Source: Butyricicoccus sp. (lineage in GTDB: Bacteria > Bacillota > Clostridia > Oscillospirales > Butyricicoccaceae). From it: a stretch of 24,000 bases of DNA. Under the pieces are notes generated by a model. The model was not told the origin of the DNA, did not search any database, and saw only the letters and a list, made by a program, of their open reading frames with translations. Positions 15,863 through 24,000 of this stretch are shown here, piece by piece. Both the position numbers and the translations under genes were made by a program. Location of the stretch: assembly GCA_029257685.1 (NCBI GenBank), contig JARIAV010000074.1:1-24000 (forward strand). Direction: 5' to 3'. How positions within the stretch are numbered: position 1 is the first letter of the stretch; the number at the start of each line of letters is the position of its first letter.

Positions 15863-16747
15863 TCAGAATTCCAGCGGCTCACGTTCTGTGACCTTGTTTA
15901 CGAGCGCAGACAGAGCGAATGAGAAGAGGAAGATCACAACGCCGATCGCCATACTGTATCCAAACAGTCCTGCGTCCTTCTGGCTGTACATATAGTTGAG
16001 CGCAACATCGGAAGCACCATTCGGGCCGCCGGAGGTCATCGCCTTTACGAACAGGAACGCCATATTGATGGTAGAAATGATGAAGAACGTCAGGGTGGTG
16101 CGGATATTCGTCCAAATCAGCGGAATGGTGATCTGGAAGAACTGGGTCACGCGGCTTGCGCCATCCAGTCCGGCGCTCTCATAGAGGCTTTCCGGCACGC
16201 TTGCCATGGATGCCATGTACATGACCATGTAATAACCGATCGCCTGCCAGACCATCGCAATGATGATGCTGACCATAACGAGCGACTGTCCTTTCCACAG
16301 GATCGGATCGGACATATCGCGGAACAGCCCGATGATGCTGTTGAGCATACCATTTTCCGGCTTATAGATCGCGGAGAAGATACCCGAAATAACAACGACC
16401 GAAAGGATATTCGGGATATAGAATACGATGCGGAAGAAATTCTGTCCCTTGATCTTTTCGCGGCTCAGGATGCCTGCAAAAACAAGTGCGAACGCGAACG
16501 TGATCACGGTCACGATCACGACGAGCAGGATCATGTTCTGCATGGAGCGAATGAAGTTCGCATCCTGAAGGAGTGTCTGGAAATTTTTGAATCCTACAAA
16601 TGTCTCATTCGGAGAATATGCGCCCTTCTCGTACAGCGACATACGAAATACATTGAAGGTCGGCACAATCATAAAGACAAAGAATAGGATCGCTGCCGGT
16701 GCAATGCACAAGAACCGGAAGCATTTTAACCCTTTGTTCTCTTTCAT
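15863..16747 (-). CDS. Carbohydrate ABC transporter permease (MalF/BPD_transp_1 type)
   Basis: Multi-TM protein with the EAA loop ESLYESAGLDGASRVTQFFQITIPLI. Start set at ATG 16747 (MKENKG..). The longer track start at 16801 lies in the loop of the 16787-16810 hairpin. Confidence 0.85.
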   Translation of the reverse strand: MKENKGLKCFRFLCIAPAAILFFVFMIVPTFNVFRMSLYEKGAYSPNETFVGFKNFQTLLQDANFIRSMQNMILLVVIVTVITFAFALVFAGILSREKIKGQNFFRIVFYIPNILSVVVISGIFSAIYKPENGMLNSIIGLFRDMSDPILWKGQSLVMVSIIIAMVWQAIGYYMVMYMASMASVPESLYESAGLDGASRVTQFFQITIPLIWTNIRTTLTFFIISTINMAFLFVKAMTSGGPNGASDVALNYMYSQKDAGLFGYSMAIGVVIFLFSFALSALVNKVTEREPLEF

Positions 16748-16786
16748 ATCTACTGGTTCCTTTCCCTTGCAGGATTCATAAAGTAC

Positions 16787-16810
16787 GGCGGGCAGTTTCA
16801 TCTGCCCGCC
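16787..16810 (-). other. Intercistronic GC-rich stem-loop between the binding-protein and permease genes
   Basis: GGCGGGCAG-6 nt-CTGCCCGCC: a perfect 9-bp G+C stem with no following U-tract, 30 nt after the SBP stop. Confidence 0.6.
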
Positions 16811-16840
16811 GCCACCAAAAATCTTACGCTTGTGATCTGC

Positions 16841-18190
16841 TTACTTTTTCAGGTTTGCGCGCATCTTGTCGCTTCCCTCGATGATGCCCTTGACCCAGGT
16901 TTCCTTGGTCATATCGCCGGATACCAGAGAGTTGACCGGATCGAGGAATACGGTACGCACTTCTACGCCCGGGATCGCATCGAATGCAGCAAAGTTACCC
17001 ATAGCAGCCTTTGCGCCATTGTCGTAGATCGAGTAGAACAGTACGTTGTCGCCCTGCAGCTTGTCCGCAATGTTCAGCACCGGCTGGATCGCATTGGACT
17101 TTGCAAATGCTTCACAAGCCTTGTCGCTGTACAGGAATGCCATGAACTGCTTTGCAGCGTCGATGTGCTCTGCGCCGGACGGGATCCAAGCCTGCTCGAA
17201 CCATGTATAGCTGTATGCGTCGCCGCCCTTTTCGACTGCCGGCAGTGCGGTCATGCCCCACTTGAAGCCGTCTGCACGCGGAGCCTCTGCCATTTCGCCA
17301 ACGATCCATGTACCATTGGGCATGAAGATCGCCTTGTTATCCAGAACGAGCTGCTGGTTCTGGGTGAAGTCCTGATCGTTTGCCTGTGCCGGTGTGATCG
17401 GGTTGGTGTAGCTTGCCAGCTTCGCGATGATATCGAAGCACTTCTGTGCTTCCGGCGTCTCCCAGATGCCTTCCTCGTAATGGGTCGCCTTGTCAAAGAA
17501 TTCCGGTCCGCCCACGGAGTACATCAGCGCATAGAAGAAAGTATCGAAATAACCGGTGGTCGGGTAAGTGAACAGGGAAATGCCCTCAGCCTTTGCCTTG
17601 TCACCCAGCTCCCACATTTCATCCCATGTTGTCGGAACTGCCCAGCCCTTCTGCTCGAGCAGGCCTGCATTGTAGAACAGACCACAGGGAGAGTAGAACA
17701 TCGGCATGAGATAGGTCTTGCCATCGTTATAAGGATTGGTCAGAGAGGTATCGGTGAAGCCGCCTGCGATCTTGTCAGAAACCTTGGCATCCTCACCCGG
17801 CACCTGCATGGAGAGCACATCGGTGACCTCTGCGATCATATTGCCCTTGATGAACTGCTCGGTCAGTGCTGCTTCACGGCCGGTTGCCAGATGGATGACA
17901 TCCGGATAATCGCCGCCCTGCATGGAAGGCCCGATGACGTCCTCCAGCTTTTTATCAGTTGTCAGCTCAACTTTGATTCCGGTCTCCGCAGTAAAGGCAT
18001 CGCAAACCTCTTTCCACATATCGGAGCCGTAGCCGGTTTCCAGTGCTGCAACCTTGATCGTAACATCATCCTTTGGTGCATCGGCACTTGCATTGCTGCC
18101 GTTGTCTCCCTGCTGACCACCACAGCCAGCGACCAAAGAGGCAACCATTGATGTACACAGAAAAACGCTTAAGAGTCTTTTCTTCTTCAT
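16841..18190 (-). CDS. ABC transporter extracellular sugar-binding lipoprotein (SBP family 1)
   Basis: Lipoprotein signal MKKKRLLSVFLCTSMVASLVAGC-GGQQGDNGS (lipobox LVAGC). 449 aa, typical for a sugar SBP. GGGAGG RBS 8 nt upstream. First gene of the operon. Confidence 0.88.
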   Translation of the reverse strand: MKKKRLLSVFLCTSMVASLVAGCGGQQGDNGSNASADAPKDDVTIKVAALETGYGSDMWKEVCDAFTAETGIKVELTTDKKLEDVIGPSMQGGDYPDVIHLATGREAALTEQFIKGNMIAEVTDVLSMQVPGEDAKVSDKIAGGFTDTSLTNPYNDGKTYLMPMFYSPCGLFYNAGLLEQKGWAVPTTWDEMWELGDKAKAEGISLFTYPTTGYFDTFFYALMYSVGGPEFFDKATHYEEGIWETPEAQKCFDIIAKLASYTNPITPAQANDQDFTQNQQLVLDNKAIFMPNGTWIVGEMAEAPRADGFKWGMTALPAVEKGGDAYSYTWFEQAWIPSGAEHIDAAKQFMAFLYSDKACEAFAKSNAIQPVLNIADKLQGDNVLFYSIYDNGAKAAMGNFAAFDAIPGVEVRTVFLDPVNSLVSGDMTKETWVKGIIEGSDKMRANLKK

Positions 18191-18248
18191 TTTGTTTTCC
18201 TCCCTATTTCTCGTTGCGGCACATCCTGCATGCCGTCCTTATGCTTTC

Positions 18249-18276
18249 AGTATATCTCTTTGCCGTTTGTTATCAA
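18249..18276 (-). promoter_or_regulatory. Candidate promoter of the SBP-permease-GH112 operon
   Basis: Minus strand: TTGATA (18276-18271), a 16-nt spacer, then TATACT (18254-18249), about 58 nt upstream of the ATG at 18190 and directly abutted by the 18280-18316 repeat pair. Confidence 0.5.
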
Positions 18277-18279
18277 TCT

Positions 18280-18316
18280 CTTTCTTGCGGTATTTTTTAT
18301 GTTTCTTGCGATTTTA
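18280..18316. repeat. Direct repeat pair 1 (TTTCTTGCGRT-T-rich), 21-bp phasing; candidate AraC-family activator site
   Basis: tttcTTGCGGtatttt (core 18285-18290) and tttcTTGCGAttttag (core 18306-18311), with cores exactly 21 bp apart. The proximal repeat ends about 8 bp from the -35 hexamer of the SBP promoter. Confidence 0.5.
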
Positions 18317-18391
18317 GTTGTTTTCGTGTATTTATCATAAATTATCGGATACCATTTTGTATATATTGCTTGATATCCTTACAATCTATCT

Positions 18392-18428
18392 ATATTTTGC
18401 GGATCTTTACAAATTTTCTGCGATTTCT
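18392..18428. repeat. Direct repeat pair 2 (same TTGCGG/CTGCGA core), 21-bp phasing, upstream of the AraC gene promoter
   Basis: atttTTGCGGatcttt (core 18397-18402) and tttcTGCGAtttct (CTGCGA 18418-18423), with cores 21 bp apart, about 17 bp upstream of the -35 at 18440. Confidence 0.45.
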
Positions 18429-18439
18429 GTCGGTTCTGC

Positions 18440-18468
18440 TTGTCTTTTTTTTTAGCAGGGTATATAAT
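18440..18468 (+). promoter_or_regulatory. Candidate promoter of the AraC-family regulator gene
   Basis: TTGTCT (18440-18445), a 17-nt spacer, then TATAAT (18463-18468), 53 nt upstream of the ATG at 18522. Confidence 0.5.
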
Positions 18469-18521
18469 CATCTTGCTTTCACGGCGCACACGGTGCAATA
18501 AATCACAAGCGGGGGGTTCTT

Positions 18522-19361
18522 ATGAGTACAAATAGATATGAACTTGGGGCACACGAAAACAACGGCATCCGCAATGCCGCAAAGCTGCTGTATATTTCTT
18601 CTGCCAAATACGGCGGAGACTGGCACAGCACCCTGCACACCCATACCTGTTCCGAGCTTTTTTACGTCACACACGGCATGGGACAATTCCGTATCGCAGA
18701 GCAGATCCATCCGGTCACAGCGAATGATCTTGTGGTCGTGAGTCCCAATGTCCCGCATACGGAAATCAGTCTCAACGACAATCCGCTCGAATACATCGCG
18801 CTGGGGGTGGACGGGCTGGAGCTGTCCGTGGGCGAGGAGCAGGACGACCGCTTCTGCATCATCAACTTCGAGAGTGTGCGCGAACGTATCCTGTTCTATC
18901 TCCAAAATATGCTCAAGGAGATCGAAAGCAAACCCGCCGGATATGAATTCGTCTGTCAGGATCTCATGGAAGTCCTCATCATCCTGCTCATGCGGCAGAC
19001 CGATTTCGCCACCACCCTTGCCCCCATCCGCAAGAAATCCTCTCAGCTCTGTGCCACGGTACGCCGTTACATCGACGGGCATTATACCGAAAACCTGACG
19101 CTCGATTCCCTTGCCGATCTCGTCCACGTCAGCAAGTATCACATGGCGCATAGCTTTGCGCAGGAATACGGGGTCTCCCCCATCAACTACATGCTCACAA
19201 AACGCATCGAGGAGGGCAAACAACTGCTCAAAAACGATGATTTTTCCATGTCGCTCATCAGCCGTATGCTCGGGTTTTCCTCTCCCAGCTACTTTTCGCA
19301 GAGTTTCAAAAAATTGACGGGACTCAGCCCCAATGCCTATCGAAAACAAAGCAGACTGTAA
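18522..19361 (+). CDS. AraC/XylS-family transcriptional regulator (N-terminal cupin sugar-binding domain, C-terminal dual HTH)
   Basis: Cupin region WHSTLHTHTCSELFYVTHGMGQF..VVVSPNVPHTE. C-terminal HTH_18 region LTLDSLADLVHVSKYHMAHSFAQEYGVSPINYMLTKRIEEGKQLL..ISRMLGFSSPSYFSQSFKKLTGLSPNAYRK. Divergent from the ABC operon. Confidence 0.9.
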   Translation: MSTNRYELGAHENNGIRNAAKLLYISSAKYGGDWHSTLHTHTCSELFYVTHGMGQFRIAEQIHPVTANDLVVVSPNVPHTEISLNDNPLEYIALGVDGLELSVGEEQDDRFCIINFESVRERILFYLQNMLKEIESKPAGYEFVCQDLMEVLIILLMRQTDFATTLAPIRKKSSQLCATVRRYIDGHYTENLTLDSLADLVHVSKYHMAHSFAQEYGVSPINYMLTKRIEEGKQLLKNDDFSMSLISRMLGFSSPSYFSQSFKKLTGLSPNAYRKQSRL

Positions 19362-19379
19362 CGCTTACAGTCTGCTTTG
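19347..19379. terminator. Bidirectional terminator between the AraC gene and ilvD
   Basis: Perfect 15-bp inverted repeat CAAAGCAGACTGTAA-cgc-TTACAGTCTGCTTTG. The left arm contains the AraC stop codon, and T-rich sequence follows on both strands. Confidence 0.8.
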
Positions 19380-19397
19380 TTATGTTTCTATGTGATT

Positions 19398-21077
19398 TTA
19401 TTGCAGGATCGCGCCCTGATCCGCCGAGGAGACCAGACGCGCATAACGCCCCAGCCATCCGGTCTTGATCTTGGGCTCCGGCAGGACAAATGCCGCACGG
19501 CGTGCTGCCAGCTCTTCCTCTGTGACTGCCAAATGTACGCGGCTGTTTGGGATATCGATCTCGATCGTATCTCCCTCCTGCACCAGCGCGATATTGCCGC
19601 CTGCTGCTGCCTCCGGCGACACATGGCCAATGGAAGCACCGCGTGATGCGCCGGAAAAACGTCCGTCCGTAATGAGCGCAACGTCCTTATCCAGCTTCAT
19701 GCCTGCCAGTGCCGAGGTGGGGTTGAGCATTTCCCGCATTCCCGGTCCGCCCTTCGGCCCCTCATAACGGATAATGACCACATCGCCCTTGTGGATCTTT
19801 CCGGCATAGATGGCTTCGATCGCGGTGTCCTCCGAATCGAATACACGCGCAGGGCCCGTATGCACCATCATCTCCGCCGCGACTGCGGAACGCTTGACCA
19901 CACAGCCGTTCTCTGCCAGATTGCCCCAAAGCACGGCGATGCCTCCGGTCTCCGAGTACGGCGCATCGATCGGACGAATGATCTTCGGGTCGCGATTGCT
20001 GACACCGGCAAGATTCTCACCCACAGTTTTTCCGGTCGCCGTCACGAGCGACAAGTCGAGCAGATCCCGACGTGTCAGCTCATGCATGACCGCCGGGATC
20101 CCACCTGCACGATCGAGCTCCTCGATATGGTGCGGCCCTGCCGGTGCAAGGTGACACAGATTGGGTACCTTGGCAGACAGCTCATTGAGCAAATGCAGAT
20201 CCAGCTCCACCCCTGCCTCATGTGCGATTGCGAGCAGATGCAGTACGGTATTGGTCGAGCAGCCCAGTGCCATTTCACAGGTCAGTGCATTGCGGAACGC
20301 CTGTGGGGTCAGGATATCGCGCGGCTTGATATCCTTGTGCAGCAGCTCCATGATCTTCATGCCGGCATGCTTTGCCAGATGGATGCGTGCAGCATGGACT
20401 GCCGGAATGGTGCCATTGCCCGGAAGTGCCATACCGATCGCCTCGGACAGGCAATTCATAGAGTTTGCGGTATACATGCCCGAGCACGAGCCGCAGCCCG
20501 GACAGGAGCCGGTCTCGCACTCCAGCAGCTGTGCCTCCGTGACCAGTCCTGCCTTGTATGCGCCGACCGTCTCAAAGGTCTTGGACAGCGAGATGTCCTC
20601 CCCGTCAAAGCGTCCGGCAAGCATCGGGCCGCCGGATACCACGATCGACGGGATATTCAGTCTTGCCGCTGCCATGAGCATTCCCGGTACGATCTTGTCA
20701 CAGTTGGGAATGAGTACCAGAGCATCGAGCTGATGCGCCTGCGCCAGTGTTTCCACGGAATCCGCGATCAGTTCACGGGACGGCAGGGAAAACTTCATGC
20801 CGATATGCCCCATCGCGATGCCGTCACAGACACCGATCGCCGGTACGACCACAGGCGTGCCGCCAGCCATGGCAACGCCTGCCTTGACCGCATTTGCGAT
20901 CTTATCCAGATTGATATGCCCCGGAATGATCTCAGAATACGCCGAAACCACGCCAATGATCGGGCGTTCCATCTCTTCTTCTGTCAATCCGCACGCGCGC
21001 AGCAGCGAGCGGTTGGGCATACGCGCCACGCCTGCGGTGATCTGGTCACTTCTCTTAGCCAAAACGATTTCCTCCAT
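19398..21077 (-). CDS. ilvD: Dihydroxy-acid dehydratase
   Basis: [55 protein letters not shown] (Fe-S cluster cysteines), [10 protein letters not shown]. Start given as ATG 21077 ([11 protein letters not shown]..). An in-frame TTG at 21062 with GGAGG 8 nt upstream is an equally plausible start. The track start at 21257 overlaps ilvC and crosses a terminator hairpin. Confidence 0.9.
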   Translation of the reverse strand: MEEIVLAKRSDQITAGVARMPNRSLLRACGLTEEEMERPIIGVVSAYSEIIPGHINLDKIANAVKAGVAMAGGTPVVVPAIGVCDGIAMGHIGMKFSLPSRELIADSVETLAQAHQLDALVLIPNCDKIVPGMLMAAARLNIPSIVVSGGPMLAGRFDGEDISLSKTFETVGAYKAGLVTEAQLLECETGSCPGCGSCSGMYTANSMNCLSEAIGMALPGNGTIPAVHAARIHLAKHAGMKIMELLHKDIKPRDILTPQAFRNALTCEMALGCSTNTVLHLLAIAHEAGVELDLHLLNELSAKVPNLCHLAPAGPHHIEELDRAGGIPAVMHELTRRDLLDLSLVTATGKTVGENLAGVSNRDPKIIRPIDAPYSETGGIAVLWGNLAENGCVVKRSAVAAEMMVHTGPARVFDSEDTAIEAIYAGKIHKGDVVIIRYEGPKGGPGMREMLNPTSALAGMKLDKDVALITDGRFSGASRGASIGHVSPEAAAGGNIALVQEGDTIEIDIPNSRVHLAVTEEELAARRAAFVLPEPKIKTGWLGRYARLVSSADQGAILQ

Positions 21078-21086
21078 CCTGATATC

Positions 21087-21119
21087 AAAAATGGGACGGG
21101 CGGCACCGCCGTCCGTCCC
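21087..21119 (-). terminator. Terminator-like hairpin in the ilvC-ilvD intergenic gap
   Basis: Minus strand: GGGACGGACGGCGG..CCGCCCGTCCC (about 12 bp, one G:U pair, 3-nt loop) followed by ATTTTTGA. It ends 9 nt before the ilvD ATG. Confidence 0.55.
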
Positions 21120-21130
21120 AAGTACATTGC

Positions 21131-22138
<1,008 letters not shown>

Positions 22139-22173
22139 CTAAAAGTGCATATTTATATAAAAATTTTAAATCA

Positions 22174-22656
22174 CTATTTGACCATCGCCGTCACACCCGA
22201 GCGGCAGATCTCAATGGTTTCAAAATTGGAGATCACCTCCAAAAAGGCATCGATCCGGCTGGGAACCTCGGTCAGCTCCACGATCATCGTGTCCCCCACC
22301 GACTCCACCACGTTTGCATGATAGACCTCTGCGATCTCACGGATCGCATTGCGGCTGAGTGCATCCGGCGTGGACATCTTGACGAATACCAGCTCTTTGC
22401 AGTAGCTGTCTTCCTCGTCCAGCTGTTTGATCCAGATAACCTCATGCAGCTTGGAGACCTGCTTCATCACCTGCTCCAAGATCTTTTCGTCCGCTGTGAC
22501 GATGATGGACATACGCGACACCTTGGGATCGGTGGTCGCGGAAGCGGTCAGGGAATCGATGTTGAACGCACGCCGTCCAAACAGGCTTGCCACACGCGCC
22601 AGAACACCTGCATGGTTTCGCACCAGTGCTGTCACGATATATTTATTGCTGTGCAT
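22174..22656 (-). CDS. ilvN: Acetolactate synthase small (regulatory) subunit
   Basis: 160 aa. ACT domain YIVTALVRNHAGVLARVASLFGRRAFNIDSLT. The start is 15 nt after the large-subunit stop. Confidence 0.9.
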   Translation of the reverse strand: MHSNKYIVTALVRNHAGVLARVASLFGRRAFNIDSLTASATTDPKVSRMSIIVTADEKILEQVMKQVSKLHEVIWIKQLDEEDSYCKELVFVKMSTPDALSRNAIREIAEVYHANVVESVGDTMIVELTEVPSRIDAFLEVISNFETIEICRSGVTAMVK

Positions 22657-22670
22657 GGTTTCGTTCCCCC

Positions 22671-24000
22671 TTAATCTGCAATGATATTGCGGATATCCTG
22701 CCCTGCCGCGATCATCGGCAGAACGCGTTCATCCCGATCCACCACGCAGTCGATCACGGTCGGCCCCTTATGTGCGAGTGCTTTGGTGAGTGCCGTCCGC
22801 AGTTCTTCCGGTGTCGTACAGCGGAAGCCCTGTGCCCCGAATGCCTCTGCGAGCTTTACATAATCGGTCTTACGCTCCAGTGTTGTGGAGGAATATCGCT
22901 TTTCATAGAACATGGTCTGCCATTGCCGTACCATTCCGAGCACCTGATTGTTCATGATGACCGTGATAACCGGCAGTCCATAGGTAACGGTCGTACACAG
23001 CTCATTGAGATTCATGTGGAACGAACCGTCTCCGGTCACATGGATGACCGGCTGATCGGGCTTTGCGACCTTTGCGCCGATCGCCGCACCATAGCCAAAG
23101 CCCATCGTACCCAAGCCGCCCGAGGTCAGAAGCTGTCTCGGATGGCTGCGGCCGCAATACTGCGCCGTCCACATCTGGTGCTGTCCGACATCGGTGGTGA
23201 AAATGAGATCTTCTCCACCGAGCTCGGCGCACAACCGCACGATCTGATGGGGACGCAGGCGATCCTGTGCATCCTGTGGCTTATAATCCAGCTTGTCACG
23301 CCATTCCTCGATCTGTGCCAGCCATGTGGGGTGCTTGGCTTCCTTCACATAGGGCAGGACACCGGCAAGGAAGGTCTTGGCATCGGACACGAGAAAATCA
23401 TCGGTCGGCAGGTTCTTATTGATCTCTGCGGCATCGACATCGATGTGGATGACACGCGCCTTGGGCGCAAAGCGATCGATATTGGTTGCCACGCGGTCGG
23501 AAAAACGTGCGCCGATCGAAAGCAGCAGGTCTGCGCGATCGACTGCCCAGCCCGAGGAGACCTTGCCATGCATCCCGAGCATTCCGAGATACAGCGGCTC
23601 CTCCGCAGGCAGACTGCCCAGTGACATGATCGTTCCGGCTGCCGGAATCTCTGCCTTGTGCATCAGCTCCAAAAGCTCCTGATAGGCACCCGATGCCACG
23701 ATACCGCCGCCATAGTAGATGACCGGACGCTGTGCCGCGTTGATCTCGGCGGCGATCCGGCGCAGATCCTCGTCTGCAACGTGGAAGCCTTCTTCTGTGG
23801 GCTGTACGGCTGGCTGCGGCTCATATTCACACATCGCAGCCGTGACATCCTTGGGGATATCGATGAGGACGGGTCCCGGTCTGCCACTCTGCGCGATCTG
23901 GAAGGCTTCGCGCACGGTATCTGCCAGCTCCTCCACCCGTCCGACTACAAAGTTATGCTTCGTGATGGGCATGGTGATGCCTGCAATGTAGACCTCCTGA
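22671..24000 (-). CDS. ilvB: Acetolactate synthase large (catalytic) subunit, 5'-truncated by the window edge
   Basis: ThDP-enzyme motifs: GITMPITKHN, GRPGPVLIDIPKDV, MLGMHG, GGLGTMGFGYGAAIGAKVA, GDGSFHMNLNEL. The frame stays open upstream of the Met at 23972 to base 24000 (..QEVYIAGIT MPITKH), so the true start lies outside the window. Confidence 0.92.
   Translation of the reverse strand, partial: QEVYIAGITMPITKHNFVVGRVEELADTVREAFQIAQSGRPGPVLIDIPKDVTAAMCEYEPQPAVQPTEEGFHVADEDLRRIAAEINAAQRPVIYYGGGIVASGAYQELLELMHKAEIPAAGTIMSLGSLPAEEPLYLGMLGMHGKVSSGWAVDRADLLLSIGARFSDRVATNIDRFAPKARVIHIDVDAAEINKNLPTDDFLVSDAKTFLAGVLPYVKEAKHPTWLAQIEEWRDKLDYKPQDAQDRLRPHQIVRLCAELGGEDLIFTTDVGQHQMWTAQYCGRSHPRQLLTSGGLGTMGFGYGAAIGAKVAKPDQPVIHVTGDGSFHMNLNELCTTVTYGLPVITVIMNNQVLGMVRQWQTMFYEKRYSSTTLERKTDYVKLAEAFGAQGFRCTTPEELRTALTKALAHKGPTVIDCVVDRDERVLPMIAAGQDIRNIIAD

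Noticed and set aside
18073-18501. 142-aa + strand ORF spanning the SBP start and the whole AraC/SBP intergenic region
   Set aside because: It runs through AT-rich promoter and repeat DNA. The translation is Phe/Leu/Ile/Cys-rich, as expected from T-rich non-coding sequence. It overlaps the SBP start and both predicted promoters.
19355-19371. cre-like TGTAACGCTTACA at the tip of the AraC/ilvD terminator
   Set aside because: It is one nt shorter than a cre, with the central CG out of register. It is fully explained as the apex of a 15-bp terminator stem.
23970-23972. ATG at 23972 as the start of the acetolactate synthase large subunit
   Set aside because: The residues encoded upstream (..QEVYIAGIT) continue the conserved ThDP-enzyme alignment, and MPITKHN corresponds to an internal region about 100+ residues into ALS. 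The gene is simply truncated by the window.

Overview
This is a chromosomal segment at roughly 55% GC. GGAGG-type ribosome-binding sites, sigma-A-type promoters and rho-independent terminators suggest a Gram-positive Clostridia-like genome; that taxon guess is inference only. I found no rRNA, tRNA, CRISPR array, transposase or integrase by eye.

Gene content, left to right:
- The 3' end of an unidentified + strand gene.
- Minus strand: a glycerophosphodiester phosphodiesterase, a 753-aa SUV3-like helicase, and rpmB (L28).
- Plus strand: hprK, a YcdX-like PHP phosphoesterase, a ROK glucokinase, and a secreted MurNAc-L-Ala amidase paired with a C_GCAxxG_C_C protein.
- A carbohydrate accessory locus, about 8.6-19.4 kb.
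- Minus strand: ilvB (cut by the window edge), ilvN, ilvC and ilvD.

The accessory locus is the most interesting part. On the minus strand it carries a lipoprotein sugar-binding protein, two ABC permeases, a 67-aa two-TM micro-protein and a GH112 beta-galactoside phosphorylase. After a terminator and a consensus promoter come an exported YgjK-type GH63 glycosidase and a ROK-family regulator. A divergent AraC regulator sits at the other end of the locus.

This locus lacks the NahK/GalT/GalE module of the classical GNB/LNB pathway. The divergent control region holds two pairs of 21-bp-phased direct repeats. Several hairpin terminators sit immediately upstream of downstream ribosome-binding sites.

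The many long ORFs antisense to these genes are judged to be shadow ORFs.
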